Shown piece by piece: positions 11,850-54,200 of a stretch of DNA of 64,000 bases. The position numbers and the translations under genes were made by a program. The DNA lies in NCBI RefSeq assembly GCF_006345805.1, contig NC_042998.1, positions 121,644,001 through 121,708,000 on the forward strand. The letters run 5' to 3'. Positions within the stretch are counted from its first letter, which is position 1, and every line of letters begins with the position of its first letter. The stretch is from Octopus sinensis. Lineage: Eukaryota. A model generated the notes under the pieces. The model was given only the letters and a program-made list of their open reading frames with translations. It made no database searches and had not been told where the DNA came from.

Positions 11850-12841
11850 GATATATAATTATCTACTGATTTGATTTACCCGGTCGCAAATAGTTACGCG
11901 ATATTGTTGTTGTCAGCCCTGTTCGAGCAAACGTATGATGACAGGCATTCCAGCCATGACCATTGCGACATTTTCAGGCAATAAGTCCATTTTAAAGACA
12001 GAAGGGTGCATTTTAATTGAGATTTGGTAGTTATTTTCATCCGCTCGAGTTAGAAACAATACGCTCCTATAGCAGCACATTGCTGTTATTATGTAGCCTA
12101 AGGTTAGCGCAAACTGAGCAGACGTATGATCAAAGTATTTCAAGAGTTACAATATCGTCTTTTCCTATGTGCAAGGAATCTAGAATAATATTATTCCCCA
12201 TATCCTTTTCTAAAACAGTGGTGTGTGATTTGAGAGAAATTAGGTTGCTATTTCTAGCAGGTTAAGCGACCACGTGGAGGTTTTGTTGTTCTTATAGTTC
12301 AACGTTGGAGCATTGGTGAGCGTCATTGCGTAATTGACACGTATTTGTTAGTTTTGTAGAACTGTCTTCCAACCCAGCTGTGCGTACAAATCAAAGATAT
12401 ACATGTTTCAATAGGCCAATCTGTACAAGATGCACTACACGAGCAAAAAGCCATCAGTTGGTGCCTTATTTCACAAAACAATGGGTTATGGTACTTTTTT
12501 GCGCTTATTCTTGCATTCCAATTTTTAACGAGTTGTCCTAAATAAATAAATAACTCCTATTAAGCCAGCTAGTATCACGAGTTACGTCCCTTGTTATTTT
12601 ACGTTGCACATCCATGACAAATAGACCGCAGAAATTTTACGAATAAAAATTTTTTTTTTCATTTAAAATAATTCAATTACACATACTTTTGTAAGCTAAA
12701 AAATATTCTATAATATTTAGAAGCTTATATTAGTTTCATTGATTTAAATATTTTCTTAATGACATATTTGACACCTTCCCAGCGAACCTAGCGGAACACA
12801 TACGGTTAGTTGGTAGATGTGCAAAGAGATTCTGATACTGA
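11850..12841 (+). promoter_or_regulatory. Probable ACTR1 promoter and 5' UTR (locally CpG-retaining region)
   Basis: CpG dinucleotides are visibly more frequent here than in the CpG-poor introns, directly upstream of the ATG; the TSS cannot be determined. Confidence 0.4.
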
Positions 12842-42348
<29,507 letters not shown>

Positions 42349-42386
42349 AAACATGGCAATCATTTCTCTCTACACCAGCTACAATT

Positions 42387-42392
42387 AATAAA
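42387..42392 (+). promoter_or_regulatory. Candidate proximal polyadenylation signal of ACTR1
   Basis: AATAAA about 40 nt after the stop; such hexamers are common in AT-rich DNA. Confidence 0.25.
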
Positions 42393-43484
42393 CACAGCCT
42401 ACCCCTATGCATGTGAAGTTTATGTAACATAATGATTTTTGTGTCTGTGTATATATTTACCATTCTATTTATCTGTTTGACAGAACAAAAGATGAAAGAA
42501 ACTTAAAATGTTTTCTTCTCAGAATGTTCCACTCTACTAAACAGCACTAGGGGGGTAGTGACTAGAATCGTGCCCAGGAGATCTGAAATTTATTAAATGA
42601 AATGAAGGGAGAAACAATTACTGAAAATATAAAAAAATATTTATTTTATGAAAATAATAGAAACCCATTGACTTATCATTTTCTGTTTAGAATTCTTTTG
42701 ATTTATTTCTTGCTTACTTCAAGAACAACAAAACCCTTGACCCTTCCCCCATACAAAAGATAATAAACAAATTATTTCATCTCTCATTTATATTTAAAAG
42801 TAATTATCTCCTGGTGAGTGAATGAGTGGATGAAAGTTGGTTAAATATTTAGTTAATTTCTTTTCTATGCTTTTCTCATTTCATTTAAACAGATATTGCT
42901 ACTATAGATATCTAGAGAAGGGACACTTAGATGGGAGAAGACAATTTTTATTTTTTCACTTTTCATTTTAAACATCTGCTCAAGTTTGTACCCTCTTTAT
43001 GTTTGGCCAAATGTCTTGATTTATTTAATCTTTTGCTATTGCTTGATAAAATAGTTATTTTATCCTTTCTATTTCATCCCACTGCAAAAAAAAAAAAAAA
43101 TCCAGAAAAGCCTGGAAAAAATAACAAAATAATGATCCAAAACAAAGAAATTTGCAAAGTCATTCAAAAGAAATTTAAAGAATGGTTCCTCTGAATTGGG
43201 GGAATCTCAAATTATATATTGTTTATTGGAATTTGTTTGACAGTTGAACATAATGATTTAGCTGACAGAGCTAAATGATTATTTCTCCATGATATGATGC
43301 CTTGCCATCTATCATACAAGCTAACTCTGTGATGCATTCCGACTAATATGAACAAAGAAGATAATGTTTTCTTTCGTGTTTACTTCTATACCAACACAAA
43401 TTATTTTTATCTCTTTCTGGTGATGTTCTAGTTTGTTCCTCTAAAGTTTTAATTAATTGTTGCCTCATTGAAGGTGAACCATAA

Positions 43485-46400
43485 TCAAATTGAGCTTTGC
43501 AAGTTATTGTCACCAGCTGTTCTTATAGACCGATACTTCAGATTGTGTCTGCTTTCATTATTTGCTGAAGGCATAAAGATGAAAACGAAGAAAGAGGCAA
43601 TTATAATGTTAAATTCTTTTTAGTTGTTATTTTTAGTTGTACTTGTTAAACAATCTTTAGTTTAGAACCATTAATAATATTTATATTTCTGGAGACACTT
43701 TTTGAATTTTGTGTCTTGAATGTTGTTTTAGAGTATTTTCATTGCAGAATTTCAAAAGTACTTAATTGCATTTTAGGTCTGTTGTAAATCTATTTCATTT
43801 ATTTTCATACATAGAAAGCTTTGCATTACTTGAGAGAGTCAGCCTGAAATCTTTCATTGTTCAAAATAATCAAAAAGCTCTAGGATGGCTTATGATTAAT
43901 CAAAAAAAATTAAAAGCATCAAGTAAACTACTCTGTTAATAAAATGCTTTTGGTTTTCCATACTGTCTTGGTGAATGACCAATTCCTAACCTTTTGTTGA
44001 GCAAACAATAAACTTTGTAAATCTCAATCAACTTTTAAGCTTTGTGATTTCTCTGTTAATTCTGGTACCAGTGATATTGTTGCATCTTAAAACTCTGAAG
44101 TGTTACTGTTTGCTGAGATGTTAGGGAATATATTGGACATAATTATATAGGATTAGATATGACAGGTTCTGTTATACAATACAAAGCAATAGTGTTGCAT
44201 TAATTATAGGATATAGTCTTGTATAGAACAAGACAGAATCTATTACAAATTAGGATATAATGCAGTCTATCATAGAACAAGTCAAAGAACAATTTTGTAC
44301 ACAACATACCTTACTGCAGTCTTTCATGTAGAACAGAGAGTAAATTACATTGTAATTACAAATTAAAATATAGTGCAGTTTGGTATAGAGCAGGCAGTAA
44401 TATTATTATAGAACTAATCACAATAACTGTTATAGGAAAGGCTATAACAATGTTTGTTTTATGGAACATGTTACACAATGTTATAGAAGGGGTAATAATA
44501 CGATGTTTTTGAAGAGGACTTCAATGAATTAGATTTTACTCATATAATATGAAATCAAAATGTTGGTTAGAGATAACATGTTTCTGCTTTTACAATAGTC
44601 TCTTTAATTTACATGCGTGGCTTAATTCTTATTTCATAAATTTTAATTGCACATATGGTATTTTTTCATATTGTTTACTTTATCTACTACACTACTATCA
44701 TTTCACAATCTTCTGAGTTTGTTTCATCTTTTAAAACATTTCACAATTATATCTTGTCTATTTTGAGTTTGCTGTCAGTTAATTATATTTTCATTGTCTT
44801 AGGCTTTTTCTTTGAATTGTCTTCATTGCAATTGGAATAAATATTGCAACTTTATATATATAATATATTATTATTGGGGGCCCACATTGATCATGCCAGT
44901 GGAATCATGATTTGAGATTTAGTGATAAGTAATCTTTTCACACTTAATGGGTTTTGTGAAGGATTCTTGCAGAATAGAAGATAAGTTTTAAGCACTCTGC
45001 TTTCTAGATCTCAGCTTATGGTATTGTTCTCAGTACTCCAATGACTAAAGGAATTAATATGTCCCTAATTGTTTTTCAGTTCATTTGTCAAATTGACATA
45101 TTTCTAAATCTTGTCTGTTTCCTTTCACATTGAAGTGATTGTTTGTCTCTATTGCAATAATGTATCTTGTATCTTCTTTACATGGTCACTTAGTTCTAAC
45201 AATTTCTAGAAAGTGCTTACAAAATTTATTTTTAATACTGCCTTCTGATTGGCTCAGAGAATCAAAGGAGCATTGAACAAAAGGCCTTACAGTGTTTGTT
45301 CAGGCTTTTTGCTGCCAGTGTTCAAATTATGTCATGGTCAGCTTTGCCTGTCATTCTTCTGGGATCAACAAAATAAAGTACCAGTCAAGTACTGGGGTCA
45401 GTTTAAATAAATTCCCTCTCCCTGTGCTAGAAACATAATTTTTATAAGGGCAGTGGAGTGGCCAAATTGCAGTATTTATGTTCAGTTTAAAATCTTACCA
45501 GTCAACTTTACTGTCATCCATCTAAAGTCTATAAAATATATGCCAGTCAAGTACATGGCTTGATTTCAATGACTAAATCCTTCTTAAAATTTGTGGCCTT
45601 GTGCCTATATTAGAAGTAATTATTATTACAGACACAGGAGTTGTAATGGCTAAAGTAACAACACACTTGACTAAATGCTTTACATTCTGAAGTTTTGTGT
45701 TGCAACAATTCTGAGTTCAAATCCAGGATTGACTTTGTCTTTCATTCTTCACTGTTTGATAAAATACCAGGAAATTGCTGGGAATGATTAACCCAATGTA
45801 AATTCTTTTTCTAACAAGAATTACTTTTGTCTAAGAGAAGAAAAATCATTATTAATATTACCATAAGACTAGAAAAGCAACTGATTAATATTAAACAATC
45901 TATTAAGTAAAAAATAAAAAATGAGTAATAATAAACGATATTACATTATCATTTCTGAAATTCAAAATATTTCCTAAACATAACATGATAGATTGTCTTT
46001 TAATTTCTTTAAGACTATTTTCATTTTCCTTTAAGTTAAGACTTTATTATTTTTGTTTTCTTTTAAAACATTTCATGTCACAATTGTTTCACTTGGCAGT
46101 ATCTTGTTATTAACTGATAAATAAATAATTGAAAATAATATTTACTTGAGTATTGTTTTGTCAGATTTTGCTCTGAGTTAATTTGTTTTCCGTATTGGAA
46201 ATATTTATTGATATTGTTTTTTTGTTGATGTTTCTAGAATTATGGTAATTGTTGTGTGGCCCCAGCCAGATTTTCCTGATCAGAGCTAAGGCACAGCCTT
46301 CTAGGCATATTGTTAGTATATGATATCTGCCTTGCCAAGTTGTATTAAACTTTGGACTTCTGGCTGTGACTATATCTTTATTATGGGAGGATGAATGCTG

Positions 46401-49400
46401 CTATGAAATTTAGGATTTAAACATGTGGTCAACAATGATAAGGAGTTTGTTGAGAGAGAGAGAGAGAGAGGGTTTTGGATGCTACGTAAAGCTTGCCATA
46501 AAACTACAGACAATTTCCTTTCTTGGCTTCTTCTGTTAGTTCCCTAATTTTCATCTGTTTAGTCTTAATATTTGTGTTAATCTAAGGAGCATAAGTTGTG
46601 TACCAATTTCTATTGTGCGCAGGTTCTCTTTCTTATTGGCAAGTCTGTTGATCTGTTACAGGTTCCATGCACCATTTTATCATGGTGAATATTCTTTAGA
46701 GATTGTATCAAACTAACTACTGTCAGGTGTTTAGCATTTCACATGCTGTGTCCTATATATATATATATATATATACACACACATACATTTCTTTTGGCGG
46801 ATAGGTCTCCTGACGTCTTCATTTTCAAGCTGTTAAAAGTTGTATTGATATATGAGTCATAATTGGTTACCTCCATGAATAGTTAATTTTCTCACTAATA
46901 TCAGTGTCTTTTAATATCAGCACTTAACCATATCTTTGGGGATTCTACAACACATTTAAGTTTACCTGTAAAGTAATTTTGTGGGCTTAAACATTGTTAG
47001 AGAGAGAAGGTGTGTGTATACAATTTTGATGTGTTTTAATGTTTTATTGTAAGTCATGGAATCCTTTAACTTAATGTTTTAGCCCTAAAATTTCTTTATA
47101 ACAAAACTAAATATGCTTTCAGTTGAAGTAGTAAAATTTTATTTCTGTAGAATGTGTTACGAAATTAGAACATTTCATTTTAAGTGATTATGTAAATTTT
47201 CAAGTTTATATTAAAGGTAGTATGATTATCGTTAATCATTTATACACACATGAAGACACAATAAATACATATATATTAGCCATTATAAATTTATTAATTG
47301 TACTTTTATGCTATTTTGTGAGGTTAAATTTTATGTTATTTTGTGAGGTTAAATTTTATGCAGCAATATTTTAAGAAATAAAATGAAGCATGTAGAAAAG
47401 AATTGATGCAATGTTTGAAGAAGTCTGAGAAGATATATTGAAAAAGCCTAAACTGTTTAATGTCTGTGTTATTTTCCTTGTGTGTCCCATAAATAGAGCT
47501 AACATGCAACACATCTATTTTACTGTCTGGACAGAGAACAAGATTGAGGTTGCTAGTGTGTTGAAGGGGTGATTTAAAATAAAATGAAATAAATTCTCAT
47601 TAATTAATACTCTGTTGAGAATTCTTGTTAACTTTTTTTTTATTATCAAACAGGTGAGTAACAAACAGAAAAGGTAGAATATATGACTAAATGCTTTATG
47701 ATACCCAATTCTTATTCAGCCAGGTTTGTATCTGTTTATCTCTCTGAGGACAATAAAAATATGTACCAGTCAGTTTCAATTGACATATCCTTTTCCAAAA
47801 GTATGTTAGACAAAGTTAGAAATAATCTAATGAGGCATTGAAGTGTGAAAAACAAAAGAGCTGAACTGAATCATTGCTGTATTTTGTCCTTTTGTAATTT
47901 GGCCTGTATTATTTTGTCCTTATTCTCTCTGGCTGGTCAAATAATTATCAGAAATCTACTAGCATATATTGAATTAATTACACTTCTACCTTTCAAATTT
48001 ATTAACTTGTACCAATGCAAGAAATGATAATTACTATTATTACATTGGGTCCCACAAAAAAAAAAAAAATGGTGCCAGAATGAGCTGTCTAACCTTCACT
48101 AGCAAGAAAAATGGATCTTAAAACAAGTACTGGGGGTGGATGTAATTGACTATCTTCCTCCTTAAGAACTGCTGACATTCAGTCAAAATTTGAAACGGTC
48201 ATTATTACTAAGGCAGTGATGGCACTGAGCTGGCAGAACTATTAGCATGCTAGGCAAAATGCCTAACAGCATTTTGTTTGTCTTCATGTTCTGAGTTCAA
48301 GTTCTGCTGAAGTCAACTTTGCCTCTAATCTTTTCAAGGTCAATAAAATAAGTACAGTTGATCACTGGGGTTGATGTAATCGACTTATCCCCTTCCACAA
48401 AATTGTTAGCCTTGTGCCAAAATTTGAAACCATTTTTACTGAGGCAGTCAGCTAGCAGAATCATTAGTATAACATGCAAAAAGCTTAACTATTTCTTCAG
48501 GCTATTCATATTTTGAGCCTGAATAGCCCTGGCAATGCAGGGCTCAAATCCTGTCAAAGTCAACTTTGCATTTTGTCCTTTCAAGGTTGATAAAATAACT
48601 TCTAGTCGAGTACTGAGGTTGATATAATTGACTTACTCCCATTCCTCAAAACTTCTGGCTTTGTGCCAAATTTAGAACAAAATTACTATGTTTAACCCTA
48701 GGTTCTTCATTCCTGATTAAGGAAACCTAAGCACTGCACAGGTACATTTATGTGACACCTGTATGGTACCTCATAACAATACCCAGCACACTGTAAAGTG
48801 TTTGGAGTTAGGAAAGGCATCCAGCCGTAGAAGCAATGCCAAATCTGGAGTCTGGTGTAGTTTGCCAGCACTGGTCAAACCGTCCAACCCATGCTAGCAT
48901 GGACAAACGAGTTAAATGATGATGATATGATCACAGGTTTCATTCATGACCATTCCCTTCTTTTCTCCGGCATGATATATATTGTGCTTTTTCTGATGGT
49001 ATGATTTGAGGATTTTACTGATATTTCTAGCAGATTAAGAAACCACATAGATGTTATCTTGGCTTGATTTGGTAGAATTGTTTAAGGTCAGTGTAAAGCT
49101 TTAGTCATATATTGGAGTGCATTTAATTAATCCATCCTCTACAAAATGTTTGGCCTGTGCCTCTGTAAGAAATTGGGCTGTGTGGTCAGACTGAATGCCT
49201 TTAGTATTTTTAGTTTGCTCCTTCTAGTGTCTAGAGTTAATTCTAGTGGGTTTGATGTTGTCCTTCACCATTCAGTCAGTAATAACATAGTCATACTGGA
49301 ATATAAAGAAAGCATTGTTTGATTTAAATGTTAATCATTAATGAACTACATAGAAAAATAGTGTAGAAAGGAAAAGCTTGAAATCAGAACAAACTAAACT

Positions 49401-49614
49401 ACTTCAGCAATATTTCAAAATAAAATATAGACATGTAGCACCATACCAAGTGCTGTACATTCAATAACGAAATTACAATAATACCAAATGTACTCCTTGA
49501 TTTTGATTTCCGGGTGATTTTTTTGACAAATCCCAAAACTTGAGACATGATTGCCAGAAGTGGTAGACTACCATTAAGGATGATGTAAATCAGGATGAAA
49601 TTTGAAATAAACAT
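43485..49614 (-). CDS. Candidate small uncharacterised gene, hand model join(49614-49485,47526-47504,46829-46787,43564-43485), 91 aa
   Basis: Minus-strand acceptors (cctctttcttcgttttcatctttatgccttcag, cttgttctctgtccag, caacttttaacag) and GT donors join in phase to MFISNFILIYIILNGSLPLLAIMSQVLGFVKKITRKSKSRSTFDSKIDVLHLENEDVRRPIRQKKSNNESRHNLKYRSIRTAGDNNLQSSI*. No homologue recognised; splice sites were chosen among alternatives. Confidence 0.3.
45240..45800 (+). mobile_element. Cluster of about three decayed family C SINEs
   Basis: Repeated gttcaaat...ctttg(c/t)ct(t/g)tcat...ataaa(a/g)taccag units. Confidence 0.5.
48210..48680 (+). mobile_element. Two tandem family C SINEs
   Basis: Both begin ggcag..agct.gcagaa and contain aaggt..ataaaataa. 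Confidence 0.6.
48740..48930 (+). mobile_element. RTE tail fragment
   Basis: aaaccgtccaacccatgctagcatgga...ttaaatgatgatgat. Confidence 0.65.
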
Positions 49615-51206
49615 TCTAAGCAGGGCGGCGGAGGTGGTGGGGCTCAAGAAATTCCTTAGCTTTGTTGAAGTAAACACTTCAATTTATTTTCTAAGAGAAA
49701 ATATCTAAAAAAAAAATTTAATAATTATATAATATTTCACATATGATTTTTCTCCTTTGTTGCTTACCTTTGACTTTTCTGAAAATATTGACAATACTTT
49801 TGTTTCACATTGTCAAACAAAAATTCCGTTTTAGCCGGAGAAAAATTCAGTTCTTTTTCTTAGATAACTTTTCTTCTTACGTCCTCTGAGAATTCTCGAA
49901 TATCACTATTCTATAGCCAAATTTGCATTGAAGTGAGGGAGTACTCTCTGACAAATTACCTCCCTTGTAAAGAATATACTGTATTGCTTCCCCTGAACGT
50001 AAGAATAACACTGATCTTGCGTCGATCAACATTTTCTCTTTTGAATTACACACTTTCTTCTGTTTCTAACATTTCCTTCCAACATCTATTATTGTTTTAT
50101 GATATTCTGTGATTCTTATCACCAGGGTTGTCCGGTTTCCCTTTGTAAGCTCTACCATTAGCTACAAAAAAAAAAAAAAAAAAATGAGCAGTAGAGAAGG
50201 AGCAGTACCCATAATTTTCGCAGAGCCTTTTATATTGTTGTGGTTGGTATTTACTGTAAACAACTATAGGCAAATTCATGTTTGCGGAAAAGTGTGGATG
50301 TGGAAAAAATTTCAGAGGGATATATTTTTGAAAAAGGAGTGTTTAGTGTGGGGTCTGAGGTGTGGTAATGACGTGATACAGTATGTTTTCGCAAGGAGGT
50401 TTAATATAAAAGGTAACAAGTCAAAAAATGTCGCTGTCATATTGAAGATCACCACTTGTGTTGATGAGATGTGATACAGCTAGATTGAAAGAAGGGATTT
50501 AAAAAAGTTTATTAAATCCGGTTAGAGGAGGATATGCGGATAGCTGGTTCAGAGAGTAGAGACTACTGTAGCAACAATACGACAGAAGTAAATCATTGCC
50601 TATCAATCAAATAGATTTGGGGATGTCTTCTAGGATGTTTGTGTACATCTGAAGGAGCGGTTCCGTACCATATATGCATTCAGAACTCTTACCTTCTGTT
50701 GAGAGTAAGCAATTGATAAGAGTTAAGCAGTAATAGGATACTTCATGGCAAACATAACTAAACAACACATAATATTAAAAAAAAAATTCAGTTGGATAAG
50801 GGACGCAACTTAGGACATTTAATCTAAGTTGTTTCCCTGGAAAGTTTAAAGGCAGAGAACTACGAAAAGAAAGAGAAAGAAGAATGTTAGAACAGAGAAT
50901 ATCTGGAAATAGGAAAACTCGAAAAGAAGGAAAAATTCAAGGAGAGATTAAAAAACAAACAAGATACAAGAGAAAAAGAGTAGATCAAAGTGGTAAGATA
51001 AGGCCCTATACATATTGTTGTTGAATGATCGAAATAGGAAGTAGATAGACAGCCGACAACTGATGAAGGCTCATTCTTTGTGTTACTTGTCCTGTTTTCA
51101 ATGTTTTTTGTCTAGTTGTTTGCGTATTTAACTTGCTTGTTTTTGTACTTCATGTTGTTTACAATTGGTGACGTCCTGTACCCATATGTGCATATATATA
51201 TATATA

Positions 51207-54200
51207 TCTATATATATAAAACTGTAGTTGTGTGAGTGTCTGTCTCCTATGATTTAGATTCCTAACTCCTCCCACATTTTGCGGTGCAGTTTAACCAAAT
51301 TCGGGTATCTTATAGTCGTGATTAATATCGAGCCCGTCTGGCTATTAGCGCGCGTCTACGATGAGTCTACAATTTAAAAAATAATTTAACATCATTTTTT
51401 ATTCCATTCTAAAGCATAATTTTTCGTGTGTCGATGGCGGCGGAGTTGGCGTCCACGCTCACAGCTGCACCTGTTTGCTTCTCCTCCTTCCCTCCCTCGT
51501 GAAGCTGTGGGGAAGGGAGTGTAAAGAAATCAACGTCGTAATGCGTTGTCAAGGAGACCAGCGTTCTTTTAGAACAACGACTTCATGGCTTGAAGACACC
51601 AAAACAGAAATGGCTAAGAAAGCCCGAATTGGCATCTATAAGGGAAGTAACTCTCTAAAAATGCTTATATAGTTATTTCCCTTACAAACCCGAGCAACGC
51701 CGGGCGATACTGCTAGTCTATATATATAAAACTGTAGTTGTGTGAGTGTCTGTCCCCTTCGATTTAGATTCCTAACTACTCCCACATTTTGCGGTGCAGT
51801 TTAACCAAATTCGGGTATCTTATAGTCGTGATTCATATCGAGCCCGTCTGGGTATTAGCGCGCGTCTACAATGAGTCTACGATTTTAAAAATAATTTAAC
51901 ATCATTTTTTATTCCATTTTAATGCATAATTTTTCGTGTGTCGATGGCGGCGGAGTTGGCGTCCACGCTCACAGCTGCACCTGTTTGCTTCTCCCCCTTC
52001 TTCCCTCCCTCGTGAAGCTGTGGGGAAGGGAGTGTAAGGAAATCAACGTCGTAATGCGTTGTCAAGGAGACCAGCGTTCTTTTAGAACAATGACCTCATG
52101 GCTTGAAGACACCAAAACAGAAATGGCTAAGAAAGCCCGAATTGGCATCTATAAGGGAAGTAACTCTCTAAAAATGCTTACAAACCCGAGCAACGCCGGG
52201 CGATACTGCTAGTATCTATATATATAAAAGTGAAGTTGTGTGAGTGTCTGTCTCCTACGATTTAGATTCCTAACTACTCCCACATTTTGCGGTGCAGTTT
52301 AACCAAATTCGCGCATGAGCGCACACACGTCCGCGCATGCGCACGCACACGCTCGCGCATGCGCGCACACACATTCGCGCACACACATTCGCGCATGCGC
52401 AGTCACACGTTCGCGCATGTGCAGTCACACGTTTGCGCATGCGCAATCAAACTTTTGCGCATGCGCAGTCAATCGTTCGCGCTTGCGCACACACACGTTC
52501 GCGCAGGCGCACGCACACTTTCACGCATGCGCGCACACACATTCGCGCATACGCAGACACACGTTCGCTAATGCGCAGTCATACGTTCGTGCATGCGCAG
52601 TCACACATTCGCGCATGCGCAGTCATACGTTCGCGCATGCGCAGTCAAACATTCGAGCATGCGCAGTCACACATTCGCGCACGCGCAGTCATACGTTCAC
52701 GCATGCACAGTCAAACATTCGCGCATGCGCAGTCACACGTTCGCGCATGCGCACTCATACATTCGCGCATGCGCAGTTAAACATTCGCGCATGCGCAGTC
52801 ACACGTTCGCGCATACGCAGTCATACGTTCGTGCATGCGCAGTCACACGTTTGCGCATGCGCAATCACACTTTTGAGCATGCGCAATCAAACGTTCGCGC
52901 ATGCGCAGTCACACATTCGTGCATTCGCAGCCATACGTTTGCGCATGCGCGCACACACGTTCGCGCATGCGCAGTCACACGTTTGCGCATGCGCAGTCAC
53001 ACGTTTGCGCATGCGCAGTCACACATTTTCGCATGCGCTGTCACACGTTCGCGCATGCACAGTCACACTTTCGCACATGCGCAGTCACACGTTCGCCCAT
53101 GCGCAGTCACACTTTCGCGCAGGCGCAGTCAGACATTCGCGCATGCGCAATTACACGTTCGTTCATGCGCAGTCACATGTTCGCGCATGCGGAGTCACAC
53201 TTTTGCGCAGTCGCCCGCAAACGTTCGCTCACGCACATATATGTCCGCATATAGCATAAGACTATATATATATCTATATATATATAAAACTGTAGTTGTG
53301 TGAGTGTCTGTCCCCTTCGATTTAGATTCCTAACTACTCCCACATTTTGCGGTGCAGTGTAACCAAAACTGGGTATCTTATAGTCGTGATTCATATCGAG
53401 CCCTTCTGGTTATTAGCGCGCGTCTACAATGAGTCTACGATTTTAAAAATAATTTACCATGATTTTTTCCATTTTAATGCATTTTTTTTGCTATTATATA
53501 AGGGAAGTAACTCTCTAAAAATGTCTACGATGAGTCAACGATTTAAAAAAAATTTACTATAATTTTTTTTCCATTTTTAATGCATTTTATTGCTATTTTT
53601 TGGCTATAACTCTCTAAAAATGCTTTATAGTTATTTCCCTTACAAACCCGAGCAACGCCGGGTGATACTGCTAGTATATATATATAAGCATTTATATATC
53701 TATATATATAAAACTGTAGTTGTGTGAGTGTCTGTCTCCTACGATTTAGATTCCTAACTCCTCCCACATTTTGCGGTGCAGTTTAACCAAATTCGGGTAT
53801 CTTATAGTCGTGATTCATATCGAGCCCGTCTGACTATTAGCGAGCGTCAACGATGAGTCTATGATTTTAAAAATAATTTAACATAATTTTTTATTCCATT
53901 TTAATGCATAAAATGCATCGTATGTCGATGGCGGCGGAGTTGGCGTCCACGCTCACAGCTGCACCTGTTTGCTTCTTCCCCTTCCCTCCCTCGTGAAGCT
54001 GTGGGGAAGGGAGTGTAAAGAAATCAACGTCGTAATGCGTTGTGAAGGAAACCAGCGTTCTTTTAGAACAACGACTTCATGGCTTGAAGACACCAAAACA
54101 AAAATGGCTAAGAAAGCCCGAATTTATAAGGGAAGTAACTCTCTAAAAATGCTTATATAGTTATTTCCCTTACAAACCCGAGCAACGCCGGGCGATACTG

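Noticed and set aside
11913-12143. Minus-strand ORF as exon 1 of a head-to-head gene such as SUFU (the human neighbour, from memory) or as a selenoprotein
   Set aside because: No SUFU-like sequence in any frame, and no support for TGA readthrough.
43960-45240. Additional minus-strand exon-like stretches
   Set aside because: They contain in-frame stops or incompatible phases.
47640-47660. Recursive-splice-like motif (T)n..CAG|GTGAGT on the + strand
   Set aside because: It lies beyond the last ACTR1 exon, so no known + strand intron contains it.
51025-51075. Possible type II hammerhead (GAAA...GTA...CTGATGA)
   Set aside because: Stem I does not pair and stem II is imperfect; a similar arrangement near 5880-5915 also fails.
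52287-53303. Long His/Ala/Arg-rich ORFs (314, 236 and 147 aa)
   Set aside because: They result from a stop-free 22-bp repeat; all three frames are open and there are no gene signals.
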